Shown: one piece after another, positions 13,501 through 26,693 of the stretch
How the letters are laid out: each line of letters starts with the position of its first letter
Position numbering within the stretch: the stretch's first letter is position 1
Source of the DNA: Tubiluchus corallicola
Lineage: Eukaryota > Animalia > Priapulida
Length of the DNA stretch: 64,000 bases
Assembly (NCBI GenBank): GCA_030141605.1
Contig: JAQGDQ010000232.1
Coordinates: 288,391-352,390, forward strand
Reading direction: 5' to 3'
The notes under the pieces: model-generated
The model's input: only the letters and a program-made list of their open reading frames with translations
The model's database searches: none
Told to the model about the DNA's origin: nothing
Translations under genes and position numbers: made by a program

Positions 13501-16500
13501 ATCTATAATTATTATTGCTTGATTATCTGCTCTAATGTACAGGGTGTCCATAAAGTTTGGGTACATAGGGGATTTTACTATTTATTTATTTGTTTTTATT
13601 TTTTCGCCTCAGAAAGAAAATGGCTTTGTCGAAGGAAGAAAGAATCGATTTGGTACTCTTAAGTGGACGAGAAGGATGGTCTTATCGTAAAATTGCGGAA
13701 GAATTTAACCTTCGACACCCTAATCGTCAACCTATTTGTTTTACTGCCGTCGGGAAATTGGTCAAGAAGTTTAAAGCAACAGGCAGTGTCTTGGACAAAC
13801 CTCGTTCTGGACGCCCCAAGACTTTAGACGAAACGAGAGGCTGTCTTGGCCAAGGTTTATGCTAGCCCAAGGAAATCACTTCGTCGGACATCCGTAGAGT
13901 TGGGTATTCCAAGGTCAACAATTCACAAAATTAAGAGAATGCATTACCAGTCAGTGTGCTGAAATCGGCAATGCGGATCTATTCCATCGAGTTCACACAT
14001 GAATTTTGTAAAACGCATAAAATTATGCATTGAAAATGATGGAAATCATGTTGAAAATATTATTTATCAACATCGAAATTGAATAAAATTGTTTTTTAAA
14101 AAGTATTTGTTTTTACTATGTACCCAGACTTTATGGACACCCTGGCCCTGTTATTTCAATTTCAGGCTATTACATAATATAAGATATCTGTTTCATAAGG
14201 ATTACACAATATATTAAAATGTATTAAATATGTATTATAAGTCTGTCTAACATGCAACAGTATAAGGGGAAATAATGCCAGAAATTTCAGTATCAGCTTA
14301 TCTGAAAAGCAATTGTATGGTTATCGCAATACTTGGTGCAATACTTGAAAAATCTGTGGCTAAAAGGCTTGCAAAAAAGAAAAACTGCACAAACATATTT
14401 GTTTGTCATATAGCCAGTGACCAGCTCGTAGCTAAAATTAATGGGGGTGCTGCAAAATTGAAAAAAATTTTTAGCCACTGTTTTAATACTGCGTAATACG
14501 AAACAAACATATGTAATTATAATGTTGTAATTGTAATTTTAAACAAACAAACTAATTTAAACATAACCTTGATAAACTTCTAAACAAAAAATATTTTTTA
14601 CGAATAACCTAAATTGTCAGAGTTCAAGAATATGGTTTTAAGCAAGTGACAACTGACAACATGTACTGCAGTGAGCCACAGTACTTTTTCTACCTAAAGT
14701 ACAGCATTTTATCTAAGACATGTGCGTACAACCGCTTGCGCACAGCAGCCAAACAACGGACTGCTTTGGCTGTGAAGCAAACTGTACTTCCCTCACATGC
14801 TCCCTCACAAGTATAAAGAAAGAGCTAAAGAAAAAAATTATTATATTGAATATTATTGATAATAATGAGTAAAAAGAGGGGTGCTGCAGTACCACAGTAC
14901 CTATACATGAGCCACCACTGCGTATAGCTACAGAGCTTTCGAAAATGAAATTTCCTGACTAGAGATACAGAATTGATTGTTGAAAGTGAAAATTTCCAAA
15001 AAAACACTTACTGTAACTTGAAGTGTAGCAAAGAAAGTGGATATTTTTTGATAATCCAATTTTTGTGTTAAAACTAATGCACCCTGGTTAACTATCTGCA
15101 AGTACGGATGCTACAAATTAAAGAAAAAAATGGTTAAAATAAGATTTCTAAAATTTACCAGAAATAAATTAAAATACGTTGAAAAAATGTAAAACTGATA
15201 AATATTATACATCACCTGTACAATCAGATTACTGAATGGTAAATATCACAGAAAATTAAATGAAGGGTTTTGGAAAATTTAGTTTGATTTTTTTCGTTGA
15301 TTTGCATAACCTGTATGTGTTCTTGATGGGTGGCATTTTTCATACATGTACTTTTACCTGAACGGTGTGGAAAATTAATGCTGCTAGGTTAATTATTGTG
15401 GCACTTTAAATTGTAAAATATTTTTTTACTATTTTGATATACACAGTAATTCAATGTTTTACTGTAATGTGTTGTTTTAATAAACTTGCTTATTTTTTGT
15501 GACAGCTTTTCCTTTTTTCCAAAAAGTGGAAATAGAAAATTAGAAAATAAAATTATGTCTTAATCTGTTAACAAAATGTGAACATATGACTTACTGCTTA
15601 CTACATTTTAATATTTTTTACCACTTGGCTTGTGTTTCCCAAAGTTTATCAGAAATTTGAGCTATAATAACAACTATAATTATTTGTACATGCAAGCTAT
15701 GCTATTAACAGTGGAATTAGTTCATAATGGCATAACCTTCAAAACATTTCATCTGCAACACATGATGCAAGCATAAAATTTGTTCATCTTTTGTATAGCA
15801 TGTCCTGTTACAAGAGACCCTATGTCAGGCCGATACATTATATTTAACATTTCCCAGCCTTGACGCTTTAGTTATTTCACTGAAAACTGTCACCTAGCAC
15901 CAACATTTCACAACTGGAATACGAATTTTATATTATTTTCACACAATTTTGTAAGACTAGCCCATGTATTTTCTGTTCTTCACCAATTAATTACAAAAAA
16001 ATAAAAAGCAAAACTAATTGAAAGGGCACTAACTGGTGCATGAAATACATACCGATCCCGTAGCAAATCCAATTGTGAAGTTATTATCAGGTGGTTTATG
16101 ATCTATGTCTGTAACAGATGGTGTGAATACTATTTCCCCAACAGCAGTATTCTAAAATTATAAAATCGTACAATAACTTGTATAATAAAACTGTTACAAT
16201 GTGAATTGAGTATTTGGTTTGGTTTTTGAAGTATCGATAATTATGAGAGTTTTTTTTATTTAAGATGGAAGAAAAGAGCAGAGGAGATAATGAAAGTTCC
16301 ATCATTTTATAGTGATGATATGTCATGTTTTACTTAAATATTACTGTAAATTGAGAACTTATATCTGACATATTGCATCATGAATTAAAGCCAAGAAAGT
16401 ATCACATTATTTGCATAAAAGTAAATAATTAACAATAATGTACTAGTAGGCACACAAAAAGCCACGTTTGTCCGAGAATTCTAATGTACATTTTAAACAC

Positions 16501-19500
16501 AAGGGCAATAAAGCTTGACAAAAGCTTCACAATTTGCTTATTTATTTATAATAAGGCCCAGTGTTTTGCCAGACTCTGTGATTTGTATTAAAAAGTGCTG
16601 CAACAGTGTCAGGAAGCACCATTTTTTCACGTTTCAGCTAGTTTTTATAATACTTTGTATTTTCTGTGTGCTGCTATTTAGAGTTGACACAAGGCAGTTT
16701 TTAATAAGTATTCATAACTTCAATGAATTTTTGATCGATTTTCTATGAACTACCTTCCTAATGAAAGACAATAAAAACAATTTATGAAGCAAGGCTTATG
16801 GATCTTATAGATGACCTGAAATAAAAAGAAAATTTCAAAGGCGAAAATTTTAGTGAGATTTCTTTTCAACACTAAGCTGATGAGCCAATGAGTTTAAACT
16901 TCACCATAATTATTTTACAACATTTTCAGTAAAATGCTTTTCGCGTTTTTGTGTGCAATAGTGAATTCACAGTTCTGTCTCCATACCTCACTGATATCCA
17001 CATTATACGGAGTATTGAGAAACTCAGGAGGGTGATTTACATCCGGAAAGTGTAGCCTGATCCGTGCAAAAAGTATATTTCTGCTGGACACAGCTGAGTC
17101 ATTTCCAACCTAAATGAAGAATGTAATCTAATCGACAAAACAATTTAACACATGCCACAGATGGACAAAAACAGAGGTCAAAATCAGTTACTTTACATAA
17201 ATTTCTCTAGAGGCCGACTTTTCGCAGAAAGCTACAGCAACAAAGAAAAGCAAGAAATAATTCATTTAAAAACAGTTGAAATTGATAAAAAGCAAACCAG
17301 ATTTAGAAAATAATGCCAATTATATACCAAAGCACCCAGCATCCTGCTGGCTTCCAGCATCCAGTGCCTAGCATCCAATCTCTTTTTACAGAAAAACAAA
17401 ATGGACAATATATAATTTACTTTTCAATGCTTCCTTTTTTCTACATTTATTTGTGTAATAATTTGCAGGCCTAACCACCATTGGCTGGATGAAGAACAGA
17501 TATTGAACGTTAAAAATATGAAAAGCTTCCAAGATTCATCTCCAACCACTGCCAAAATCCTTGGTTTCATTACCCATTGACAGTATATACCGTATTTTCC
17601 CGTGTATAAGAGACCCTTGTGTATAAGAGACCCCTTCAATTTTTAGGCAAAAATTCTGGAAAAAAGTTTTTTCAGACGGACATTTTTAGAGGGTAAAGTA
17701 CAACTTTTTTCAACTCAGTGCGGTACTGAAAACAAAATAAAACCAGTTAATGTGTTGTAGAAAAAGAGTACTGGTATATATTAAAGTGCGTACCTGACAG
17801 GAAAAGAGAAAACGAGGAGATAATGCCTGTGTCACGATGCTTGTATTGCTTACAACTGCTTCATAGTCGAACGCGACACGCAAAACAGTTGTAGAGCACT
17901 TATTTCTTTAAAATCATTAGTGTCACAATTTATGCATCTTATTGAAAAGACTTACTCCCATGTATAAGAGACCCCCTATTTTTAAAGTGAAAATTCTGAG
18001 CAAAAAAGGGTCTCTTATACACGGGAAAATACGGTACATTTTTTTCTCACTTCTAGATGCTGGGGAAGATGCCAGATGCTGGATGTGGATGCCTTGGTGC
18101 ATCATAGGCTTAACACACATTGTCACAGTTAACATGTTTTATCAAATCAAATTACACTTAAGTACCAATCTACGTATAATTGTTGTGGTTTTGTTTCATA
18201 TCAAATAAAACTGATACACACCTTTTCTAAGTTCTAGAGTTAGACATTGTTAAGATAATAATCAGAATGGTATTTCGTTACTATAATTACAGTACAGTAA
18301 GTCCTCGCTTAAAGTTAAACTGGACTATTGTGTAAACATTTGTTCAGAATAAAGAATGCTCTAAAATATTGAAACCTACAATAGCTTTTTTTAAATCAAA
18401 GCTTAGATTAAATAATAATTACTTTGGGTACTCAAGTAAATAAATCTAAATCTAAAATCTAAAAAAATTGTTAAACTTTCAAAGGTATGCGCGGCTCAGT
18501 GAATCTACTAAGATTGGCAACGACGCTTTTTTGTCACATTCGCGTGGCCGAAAAATACAAGACGGTACTGTGATAACCATGATCATGGACTGCAGTGTTA
18601 GTTTTTGATGTCAGATTACGTAGAGCCCATTTTCGTGACATCATGGGTTTAAGCAATAACACTTGCGCAAACATGCTTGATGCGCAAAGAAAGATGCCTG
18701 CCATTACACAAACTGTGGCTAGTTTCTCATGTACCTGTGTTCAGTTGCCGTTAATTAACCTTCTAAGCTAAAAATTCAAATATAGGAAACAATTGCAAAC
18801 TTTTATAGGCACGAAATTGTATATATTTTGGACAGTAAATTAACATGAGATTGTCTCAACAATCGTTCGGTTTTTCTTTAACGACACTAAAACATTCCAG
18901 CAAAACGTCGTTAAACGAGGTCAAGAATTCCATAGAAAGTAATGTAAAAGAATTGGGATATGTTCCAGAGGACAAAATCAATGCTGCTTAAATCATATTG
19001 GGGCAATCTTAGAAATTTTATCTAGATATTTAAGCTGGCTGTTATAACAACAGGTTGCAGGCAAAATTCATTTGCATAAAGTTTGTGTACAGCTTTCGCT
19101 TGATACAAACGGCTAGCATTGAGTGGCCATTCGGGAAACAAAATCGTGCGTACTTGTACAACAATTGTAGTGTTAATGTTACTAGTGTGTTTTTAGAACA
19201 GAATAATGCAATGTATACAAACTAATGCACCAAGTTAGGTAAAACAGTTGTTGAAAACATAAAAGTTGGTTTTCAGCAAAGTAAAACAATCATCGTTAAA
19301 ATGAAATGCTGCATTGTTAAGTGAAAAAAAGTGTCAAATGTTCAGCATCGTTAAACAGAGAGTCATTAAGCGAGGACTTACTGTAATTAAAATGCAAAAA
19401 ATTAGTTTCAGGGATTTGAAGTTAGCAACAATTATAAATAGAAAAATGATGAAAAGATGCATTAGAATTCCTAGTAAAAAATTAACCCGTGATTTTTAGC

Positions 19501-22500
19501 ATATGTTAAGCCAGGATTCCATTTACTGATGATAGATGGTACCAATAATCAGCAATGAAATTATCACTTAAACTGGCAAAAAAATCACAATATGGTTAAA
19601 ATTAGTAATCAAAAGTAGCAGGCTGGGAATTGAGTATAACTGGAAAGTCCTAGTGTTCCACCAATAGAACAAGAGCTATCTCATTCTTTTAAGCTTTATA
19701 GGTGTTTATATAGGAGACACTGCCAAGTATCCCAGTCCTTCCTCTTTCCAAAGAGTTATACGTTGATCAGCAAAAATTTCGAAAAAGAAGGGTACTTTTG
19801 GAAAAATGTCAACTGTGGGATGTCGTAGTCACATTACTAGTTCTACGTTGGAATGACACATTTACTGTTTTCCCATTTTGTTGGACTAAAAAGTACAAGT
19901 TTGCGAAAAAAGCAGTCGAAATATTTTCAGTTTTTTGCTCCTAACTATCAATGTGACAATACTAGTTTGGACCTTTTGCTTGTCATGAGAACCATTAAAA
20001 TGGTTGCATTACTAAAGTTGTCGCCATAGAAACCACAGACATCAAAATTTAAGTTACTGCACAGAAAATATTAAGAAAATGGGCATATTTATGGACTTTG
20101 TTCCATGAATTTCTCATTACAGCAACTCTTGTGTATAAAGTACGTAATACGTACAGTAAAATCCGGAGAGAGACAAAGCAGAATTAAAGTAAGGTTTCTA
20201 TCCCAGTCGCTCTTGAAAACCTGTTCCTAAAATAATAACATCATAATTGTTAACTATACAATAGAAGATCTCAGGATAATGCTCATTGCTCACTAAATCT
20301 CATTTATTTGCTCAGCCACTGACGTGTTTTCACACATCTCTAAAAAATGTGACAAATGAAAAGCATTACTACTTCACGCATAATTTGAACTAAAAACTAT
20401 TCTTGTGACACAGTGAAATCAATAAGAATGTGTGAAATGAAGCCACTGTTACTAACTTAAGTGTGTATATCACTACATTCATTTTGCTATTTTTAAATGG
20501 TGATTTTTAATGACAGTTTAAGTACTCCAACAGTTACGAGATATCGCCCACATTCCATTGATACTAAGTTTCAATGAAGTTTGCAATTTTTGTTATTTTT
20601 CACGAGGAACAATTTCTTTGCGGTTTCGGTCTTTCAAACAGAAAATGGCCTCCGGTGGCTTTATTCTTGCCCATTTTGAAAAGTAAAGCACTACAGATAA
20701 GGCAAAAAATTCAAATACACGCAAAATTTGCCACTAGGACATTTCAAATTACCTTGCCTGTGATATCTTTGGTGATACTAAGTTTGTAATTAAATGAATT
20801 TCGCGGCGGTTTCAATATTTTAAAAATGTTCTCAACATTCCTATGAATCTCCAGGTCAATGCAACAATTGTACCGTCCATATTGAATATCAACAACATCT
20901 CCTAATACCAAAATAAAATTTTACACTACTGCAAGAAACACTCTGTAAGTTTTATTTTTACATAAAAATGTATATTTTATTCTTAAGTAAAATACAAGAT
21001 CTCAAGATAATGTTCATTGATCACTAAACCTCATTGCTTTGATCAGCCTTTGACATGTTTTCACAGATCTCTAAAAAATGTGACAAATGAAAAGTATTAA
21101 TACTTCACGAAGAATTTGAATTAAAAACTATTCTTGTGAGACACAGTGAAGTCAATAAAAATATGCGAAATGAAGCCAGTATTATTCACTTAAGTGTGTA
21201 TATCACTTATTATTAAATAATTATTGTTAAAAAAAACATATTGAAACATTTTGATTAGATTTATACAATTAAAGGACAACATTTATAACAGGTAATGCAG
21301 GGAACCTATTTTCAATTCTTGCTCTAGTATAGTGGTATGCATTTTTATTGAGTGAGATTCATTTTAAACTTATGTTGCTGATCGTATATAGAAACAGGTA
21401 AATTAAGCTTCATTATTCTTTGGTTCAGCTGTTATTCAGTGTGAATACAATAATATCTGATACAGCAGTGTAAAAAAGAAAAACTTAGCAGCGACGTGCA
21501 TAATTTAAAGAAAGAAAGGCCCACAACACTTCATACCTTATCTGATCAACAGTAATTTACATCACTATGGCTTATATTACGAACTGAAAACTGTAGTCAG
21601 ATTAATTGTTACAGTTAACAAAAATTGAAAAAAAGAAAATCAGAAGGTTTTGTCGGCAGCTAACATATTTTTTTGAAGAATTGACATTTCATATTCATTT
21701 TTTTATTTGCCACGTAATTTAATTTTTATGATGAGGAGCTTCCAAACTGAAGTGTCTCGGGCCCTCCAAGGTCTGATCTGGCCCTGCCCTTAACTTTACA
21801 CAGAAGATTTTAGTGCAAGGGATAAGTTGTTTATAATAAAGTCAAATTTGCAACTTGTGTAAAAAAAGTTAAGTTTCATTTTGAAAAATATGATGCACCA
21901 CAAGTTGATTTGTGTGGCAAATGCTTAGTTACTTAATGCAGTTACCATTATATTATCAGGCCAGGTATTTAGCGCGGAATTGATTACTGGGACTCTACAC
22001 TATCAATAATGATACTCAGAATTCTTCATTATTAGAATTAACAAGGCCGTTTGTACAGAGCGATAACACAAATCAATAATATAAATTATGTTTCAAGAAA
22101 TTACTGAAAGATCTCAACAAAATTTGCCACATTATCGGCAAGTGTTGATAAGACTAGCTTTTGGTGATGACAATTAGAAATAAAAATAAAAATGTTCTTA
22201 TTTGTTGCAGCTTATGTAGGAATAAAATGCTATGTGCCATTATAAATAAATGTCCAGCAATAAAATACAATGAATTAAACTAAAATTCGACATAAAGTCA
22301 AGATAAAGGCAACTATGAAACAGAAACAGGTTAATCTCTGAAATGCCCATAATGTATCGGCTAAGCACATTAATATGTAACTTAAGGAGTACTTGTTTAA
22401 TTTTTCTAAGAAACATCTCTGAAATGCTGATAATGTATCGGCTAAACACACTAATATGTAACTTAAGAAGCACTTGTTTAATTTTTCTAAAAAACATCTC

Positions 22501-25500
22501 TGAAATGCCCATAATCTAATGCAAAACACACTAATATGTAACTTAAGAAGCACCTGTTTAATTTTTCTAAGAAACATCTCTGAAATGCCCATAATGTAAT
22601 GGCAAAACACACTAATATGTAACTTAAGAAGCACCTGTTTAATTTTTCTAAGAAACATCTCTGAAATGCCCATAATGTAATGGCAAAACACACTAATATG
22701 TAACTTAAGAAGCACTTGTTTAATTTTTCTAAGAAACATCTCTGAAATGCCCATAATGTAATGGCGAAACACACCAATATGTAACTTAAGAAGCACTTGT
22801 TTAATTTTTCTAAGAAACATCTCTGAAATGCCCATAATGTAATGGCAAAACACATTAATATGTAACTTAAGGAGTACTTGTTTAATTTTTCTAAGAAACA
22901 TTTCTGAAATGCCCATAATGTAATGGCAAAACACACTAATATGTAACTTAAGAAGCACTTGTTTAATTTTTCTAAGAAACATCTCTGAAATGCCCATAAT
23001 GTAATGGCAAAACACACTAATATGTAACTTAAGAAGCACTTGTTTAATTTTTCTAAGAAACATCTCTGAAATGCCCATAATGTAATGGCAAAACACATTA
23101 ATATGTAACTTAAGGAGTACTTGTTTAATTTTTCTAAAAAACATCTCTGAAATGCCCATAATGTATAGGCAAAACACACTAACATGTAACTTAAGGAGCA
23201 CTTGTTTAATTTTTGTAAGAAACTGGAGCAAAAAGTAGTGGTCTTACAGTTAAACTTTTAGAAATGTACTGCCGTACACAAAACATACCTTTTTTAGGAT
23301 TTTCTGATAAGTAGAAATCCTTGGGCTGTGCACTTGGATAAATACAATCTGCAAATATACAATATACAAAGTTTGATTGAAGTAACCAATTAAATAAGCA
23401 ATGATGCACAAAACTAAAAGTGCCGGAACACTACACCCTAAACTAATAATTACTTAGCAGGTATGGATTAGTAAAGCATATAGCTAATGTAAGGCAAGTG
23501 CTGCAAGTGTACAAAATTACTGCGTAATTACCTTCTGTGCAGATGCCATCTTCGCAACGACATAGAAATTTATCAGCTTCATCAGGACAGCCTATAGGTA
23601 TGGCAGTTTGATTGCAATTTGCACAGATTTCACCTGTAAATACAAGTTCAAGTGCAGTAATTTAAGCAACACAAGAAGTTGCATTCACAGTAACTACATT
23701 TTAGTAAAAACTCACTAATGTTCTTTTGACAATGATTATAACTATAACTATAATCAATGTGAGAAAAGAAAAAGTTTGTGTACAGGCCAAAAACCCTTAT
23801 CAACAACTTGAAAAAGCTAAGAAACGACTCAAGAATTATTGTAATGCTATAGTGGTAGGCTTCAAATAATTTGAAGAAAATGCAAAAACATTTTTGCTCC
23901 ATTTTTTATTCATCTGGTTTCTAAACATTCTATTTACGAGATTAATATGGCTTTATTAAAATTTAATCTTGTATCAGCAGTTTCAACAACAGAAAATAAC
24001 ATTGATTACATAAAATATTCATACATCCTATCTAGCTAAATGGTTCAAAACAAACAAACTGTTACTATATCATTTAAAACAAAATTTATCATTAGATTCA
24101 GATCCGAAATGAACTAATTCAGAAAGATAAGAACTTAATAAAACACAATAAAACTATTACACATAAAAAATGGAAATTTCTGAGACTAATTCTAAACGAG
24201 TATCTAGATTGGAGCCTCACGTGTGCATGATCAGATTGAAAATAAAAAGTTCAAGAGTTTAAAGGCATAGGCTGACACACTAACCTATACGTGGAAATTA
24301 TAAAGAAACCAAAGGACTAATAAATTAATTTGGTAACCTGTTGAACACAAATGCATTTTTGTTAATATTACACATAAAAAGAATGCTAAATTGCTAATGA
24401 CCATCAACATCAATTGTGTAACTTTCGTATTTCATTAGTACTTTTGAAAAATTTCTTTATGAGGTAAGTTTTAAAAATTGAAAGGAAATGACAGCATTTC
24501 ACTTCGAGACTTATTCTGTCCCATAGCACTTGTCCCACATAAGCAATGAAGTACTTTGTTGAATTTGTTTACATCGTCTTGGTTTATCTACTTTGCTGAA
24601 TTAGTTTACATTGTCTTGGTTTATCTACTTTGTTGAATTTGTTTACATCGTCTTGGTTTATCTACTTTGTTGAATTTGTTTACATTGTCTTGGTTTATCT
24701 ACTTTGTTGAATTTGTTTACATCGTCTTGGTTTATCTACTTTGTTGAATTTGTTTACATCGTCTTGGTTTATCTACTTTGTTGAATTTGTTTACATTGTC
24801 TTGGTTTATCTACTTTGTTGAATTTGTTTACATCGTCTTGGTTTATCTACTTTGTTGAATTTGTTTACATTGTCTTGGTTTATCTACTTTGTTGAATTTG
24901 TTTACATCGTCTTGGTTTATCTACTTTGTTGAATTTGTTTACATCGTCTTGGTTTATCTACTTTGTTGAATTTGTTTACATCGTCTTGGTTTATCTACTT
25001 TGTTGAATTTGTTTACATCGTCTTGGTTTATCTACTTTGTTGAATTTGTTTACATCGTCTTGGTTTATCTACTTTGTTGAATTTGTTTACATCGTCTTGG
25101 TTTATCTACTTTGTTGAATTTGTTTACATTGTCTTGGTTTATCTACTTTGTTGAATTTGTTTACATCGTCTTGGTTTATCTACTTTGTTGAATTTGTTTA
25201 CATCATCTTGGTTTATCTACTTTGTTGAATTTGTTTACATCGTCTTGGTTTATCTACTTTGTTGAATTTGTTTACATCGTCTTGGTTTATCTACTTTGTT
25301 GAATTTGTTTACATCGTCTTGGTTTATCTACTTTGTTGAATTTGTTTACATCGTCTTGGTTTATCTACTTTGTTGAATTTGTTTACATCGTCTTGGTTTA
25401 TCTACTTTGTTGAATTTGTTTACATTGTCTTGGTTTATCTACTTTGTTGAATTTGTTTACATCGTCTTGGTTTATCTACCTTGTGGAATTTGTTTACTTC

Positions 25501-26693
25501 GTCTTGGTTTATATTCATTATATCTAGTCTTATATTTTTTACGTTTTATTTAACTACATTTTCCAATAAAAACTTTTCCAAAAATTGTTATTGGTGTCAC
25601 ACACACATATATGTGTATACATCCATTTAGTATTTGGCATTGTCTGAAATAATGGAAAGCACTGCAATCCATTTATCTAGTTTGAAAGTGGCGGATAAAA
25701 ATTTTCATGTAAAACTCTTATGCATTGTGAAGTTGTTGTGTAAACAAATTCCCATAATGTTGTGGAATCATTTAAATATGAACACAAGGTTAGCAGATGC
25801 TCATTGTTCAGGAAGGTTTTAATATATGAAGTGATCGATACCTATCTTTTTCAATATGTTCGATCTGATCTTGCATACGAGGCCTCCAATTTACGTGTGT
25901 AATAGTTTTATTGTCTGTTATTAAGTTCTTGTCTGTCTGAAATTGTTTACTTCAGGATCTTATATTGATATACAGTATACTGTATTTTGTTTTCGCAGGA
26001 TTCAGTGATAGTAAAACAAGGATTCAATAAACTGTTACGATTTTTAACCCAAAACTTGACATCACATCATTAATGTGGATTAGAAAAGTAGTGACAGTAG
26101 GATATATGTATATGAAGGAAATCTGTAGAATATACCATTTTTCGACTGTATTAATGATAATTTCTATAATTTTTGTTAGGGCTGTTTCACTAGAATTGCC
26201 TTTCCTGAAACCAAATTGTTTATTACTCAGAATGCTGTTTTTATTATGTAATGAGATTAATGATTGTAAAACTTTGAAATAAAAGGCAACAAAGATACTG
26301 GTCCATGATTGTTCAGAAGAATTGGATCATCTGATAAAGGTAGATACGACTTTAGGAAATATTTTGTCCTTATTGGGATGGATGTTCTGATTAAATAATT
26401 TGCAAGTATTTATTATGCCATAATCTGTTACTGCACTAATAACAAAACTGCGCTTGTAGGTGGCTTTAAGAACAATTTGTGTTTGTCTTTTTAATTTGAT
26501 CTGATAATTTTGATTATACCTTTTTAATGGACAACAATAACAAACTGGATACATTAATAACAGTTCTAGACCACTGAACTTATATAACTGAATTGCATCA
26601 AGCTGATAACTTACTGTCATTGCATTGAACAACGAGTAATAACAGACTTGAAATTGCAATAAAATAAATCAATTGATCACATCTGTGCACCAT
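2803..26693 (-). CDS. Cadherin-related single-pass membrane protein, paralog A (14 coding exons, ~1053 aa)
   Basis: Exons in transcription order: 26615-26693, 23532-23633, 23289-23348, 20753-20901, 20155-20226, 16987-17109, 16053-16151, 15012-15110, 11734-11859, 11294-11384, 9677-10292, 8295-8467, 6321-6456, 2803-4039. All are GT-AG, phases join, and the total of 3162 nt is divisible by 3. Motifs: signal peptide MVHRCDQLIYFIAISSLLLLVVQC; cadherin motifs DVNHPPEF, VTDID, LDYQ, DGGEPPLS, DEDNLNPKF, AVDQD, NNKNPKF; TM helix followed by RWRKKK. Every exon has a counterpart in paralog B. Confidence 0.85.
4551..4930. repeat. Diverged duplication of a ~150-bp block (period ~228 bp)
   Basis: 4551-4702 aligns by eye with 4779-4930 (TACATTTCCTAACCC, TTAACTGTCTG, TAAGTTCTTGAAGT, ATAGGAACA, AATCTAAGG). 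Confidence 0.75.
6321..6456 (-). CDS. Paralog A transmembrane exon
   Basis: 136 nt, phase 1->2, encoding ANSPYAAASTDTKETTYFYGFTMLGAVIVFLVITVITEVAVAIY(R). Same length as the B exon 33588-33723. Confidence 0.85.
8556..8679. repeat. Perfect 62-bp tandem duplication
   Basis: TATTATGACCTCACACC...CCTTTATCAG occurs twice. Confidence 0.9.
9677..10292 (-). CDS. Paralog A large cadherin-repeat exon (616 nt)
   Basis: Lies within ORF 9673..10377: KFQIHNTTGVV...PKFHNKEYFVDV...NNKNPKF. Identical length to the B exon 35224-35839. Confidence 0.9.
10381..10541. repeat. Compound trinucleotide microsatellite (GAT/AAT/ACC/AAC)
   Basis: Directly visible in the sequence. Confidence 0.9.
13540..14144 (+). mobile_element. 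Internally deleted Tc1/mariner-superfamily element
   Basis: 29-bp TIR CAGGGTGTCCATAAAGT(T/C)TGGGTACATAG, with TA on the left. Transposase N-terminal HTH fragment MALSKEERIDLVLL...KKFKATGSVLDKPRSGRPKT is frameshifted, then fused to a C-terminal remnant (KRIKLCIENDGNHVENI). The catalytic DDE/D core is missing. Confidence 0.9.
17590..18034. mobile_element. MITE, pogo/Tc2-like
   Basis: TIR CCGTATTTTCCCGTGTATAAGAGACCC at both ends, TA on both flanks, and internal copies of TGTATAAGAGACCC. Confidence 0.9.
18295..19383. mobile_element. Non-autonomous Tigger/pogo-like DNA transposon
   Basis: Perfect 18-bp TIR CAGTAAGTCCTCGCTTAA and TA target duplication at 18293-18294 and 19384-19385. Confidence 0.85.
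20265..21206. repeat. Pair of ~210-bp direct repeats (20265-20474 and 20996-21206)
   Basis: Both run from AAGATCTCA(G/A)GATAATG to TTAAGTGTGTATATCACT with scattered mismatches. Confidence 0.9.
22335..23222. repeat. 81-bp minisatellite, ~11 copies, in intron 3 of paralog A
   Basis: Unit AACATCTCTGAAATGCCCATAATGTAATGGCAAAACACACTAATATGTAACTTAAGAAGCACTTGTTTAATTTTTCTAAGA; it produces the 27-aa periodic ORFs in the track. Confidence 0.95.
23990..24260 (+). mobile_element. Degenerate LINE RT C-terminal fragment
   Basis: LAKWFKTNKLLL...KTKFII and LILNEYLDW resemble the WFxxNKLxLNxxKT and LxW motifs. Confidence 0.6.
24552..25512. repeat. 37-bp minisatellite, ~26 copies
   Basis: Unit TACTTTGTTGAATTTGTTTACAT(C/T)GTCTTGGTTTATC, head-to-tail with no spacers. 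Confidence 0.95.
25850..26560 (-). mobile_element. Degenerate non-LTR retrotransposon (CR1/L2-like) reverse-transcriptase fragment
   Basis: Minus-strand translation gives PVSLLPF..KVLQ and QFGFRKGNSSETALTKIIE (26163-26218), with stops and frameshifts. Confidence 0.8.

Noticed and set aside
21946-22210. Candidate extra exons 22105-22210 and 21946-21994 in paralog A
   Set aside because: They are open and phase-compatible with each other, but exon 23289-23348 joins 20753-20901 directly with clear homology to B, and these candidates have no B counterpart.
22240-23231. 318-aa and 232-aa repetitive ORFs
   Set aside because: By-products of an 81-bp stop-free minisatellite. Read-through from exon 3 stops before or at its edge, paralog B has no counterpart, and the gene model is complete without them.
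24552-25512. 37-bp repeat as a CRISPR array
   Set aside because: Units are contiguous with no unique spacers, there are no cas genes, and the context is a eukaryotic intron.
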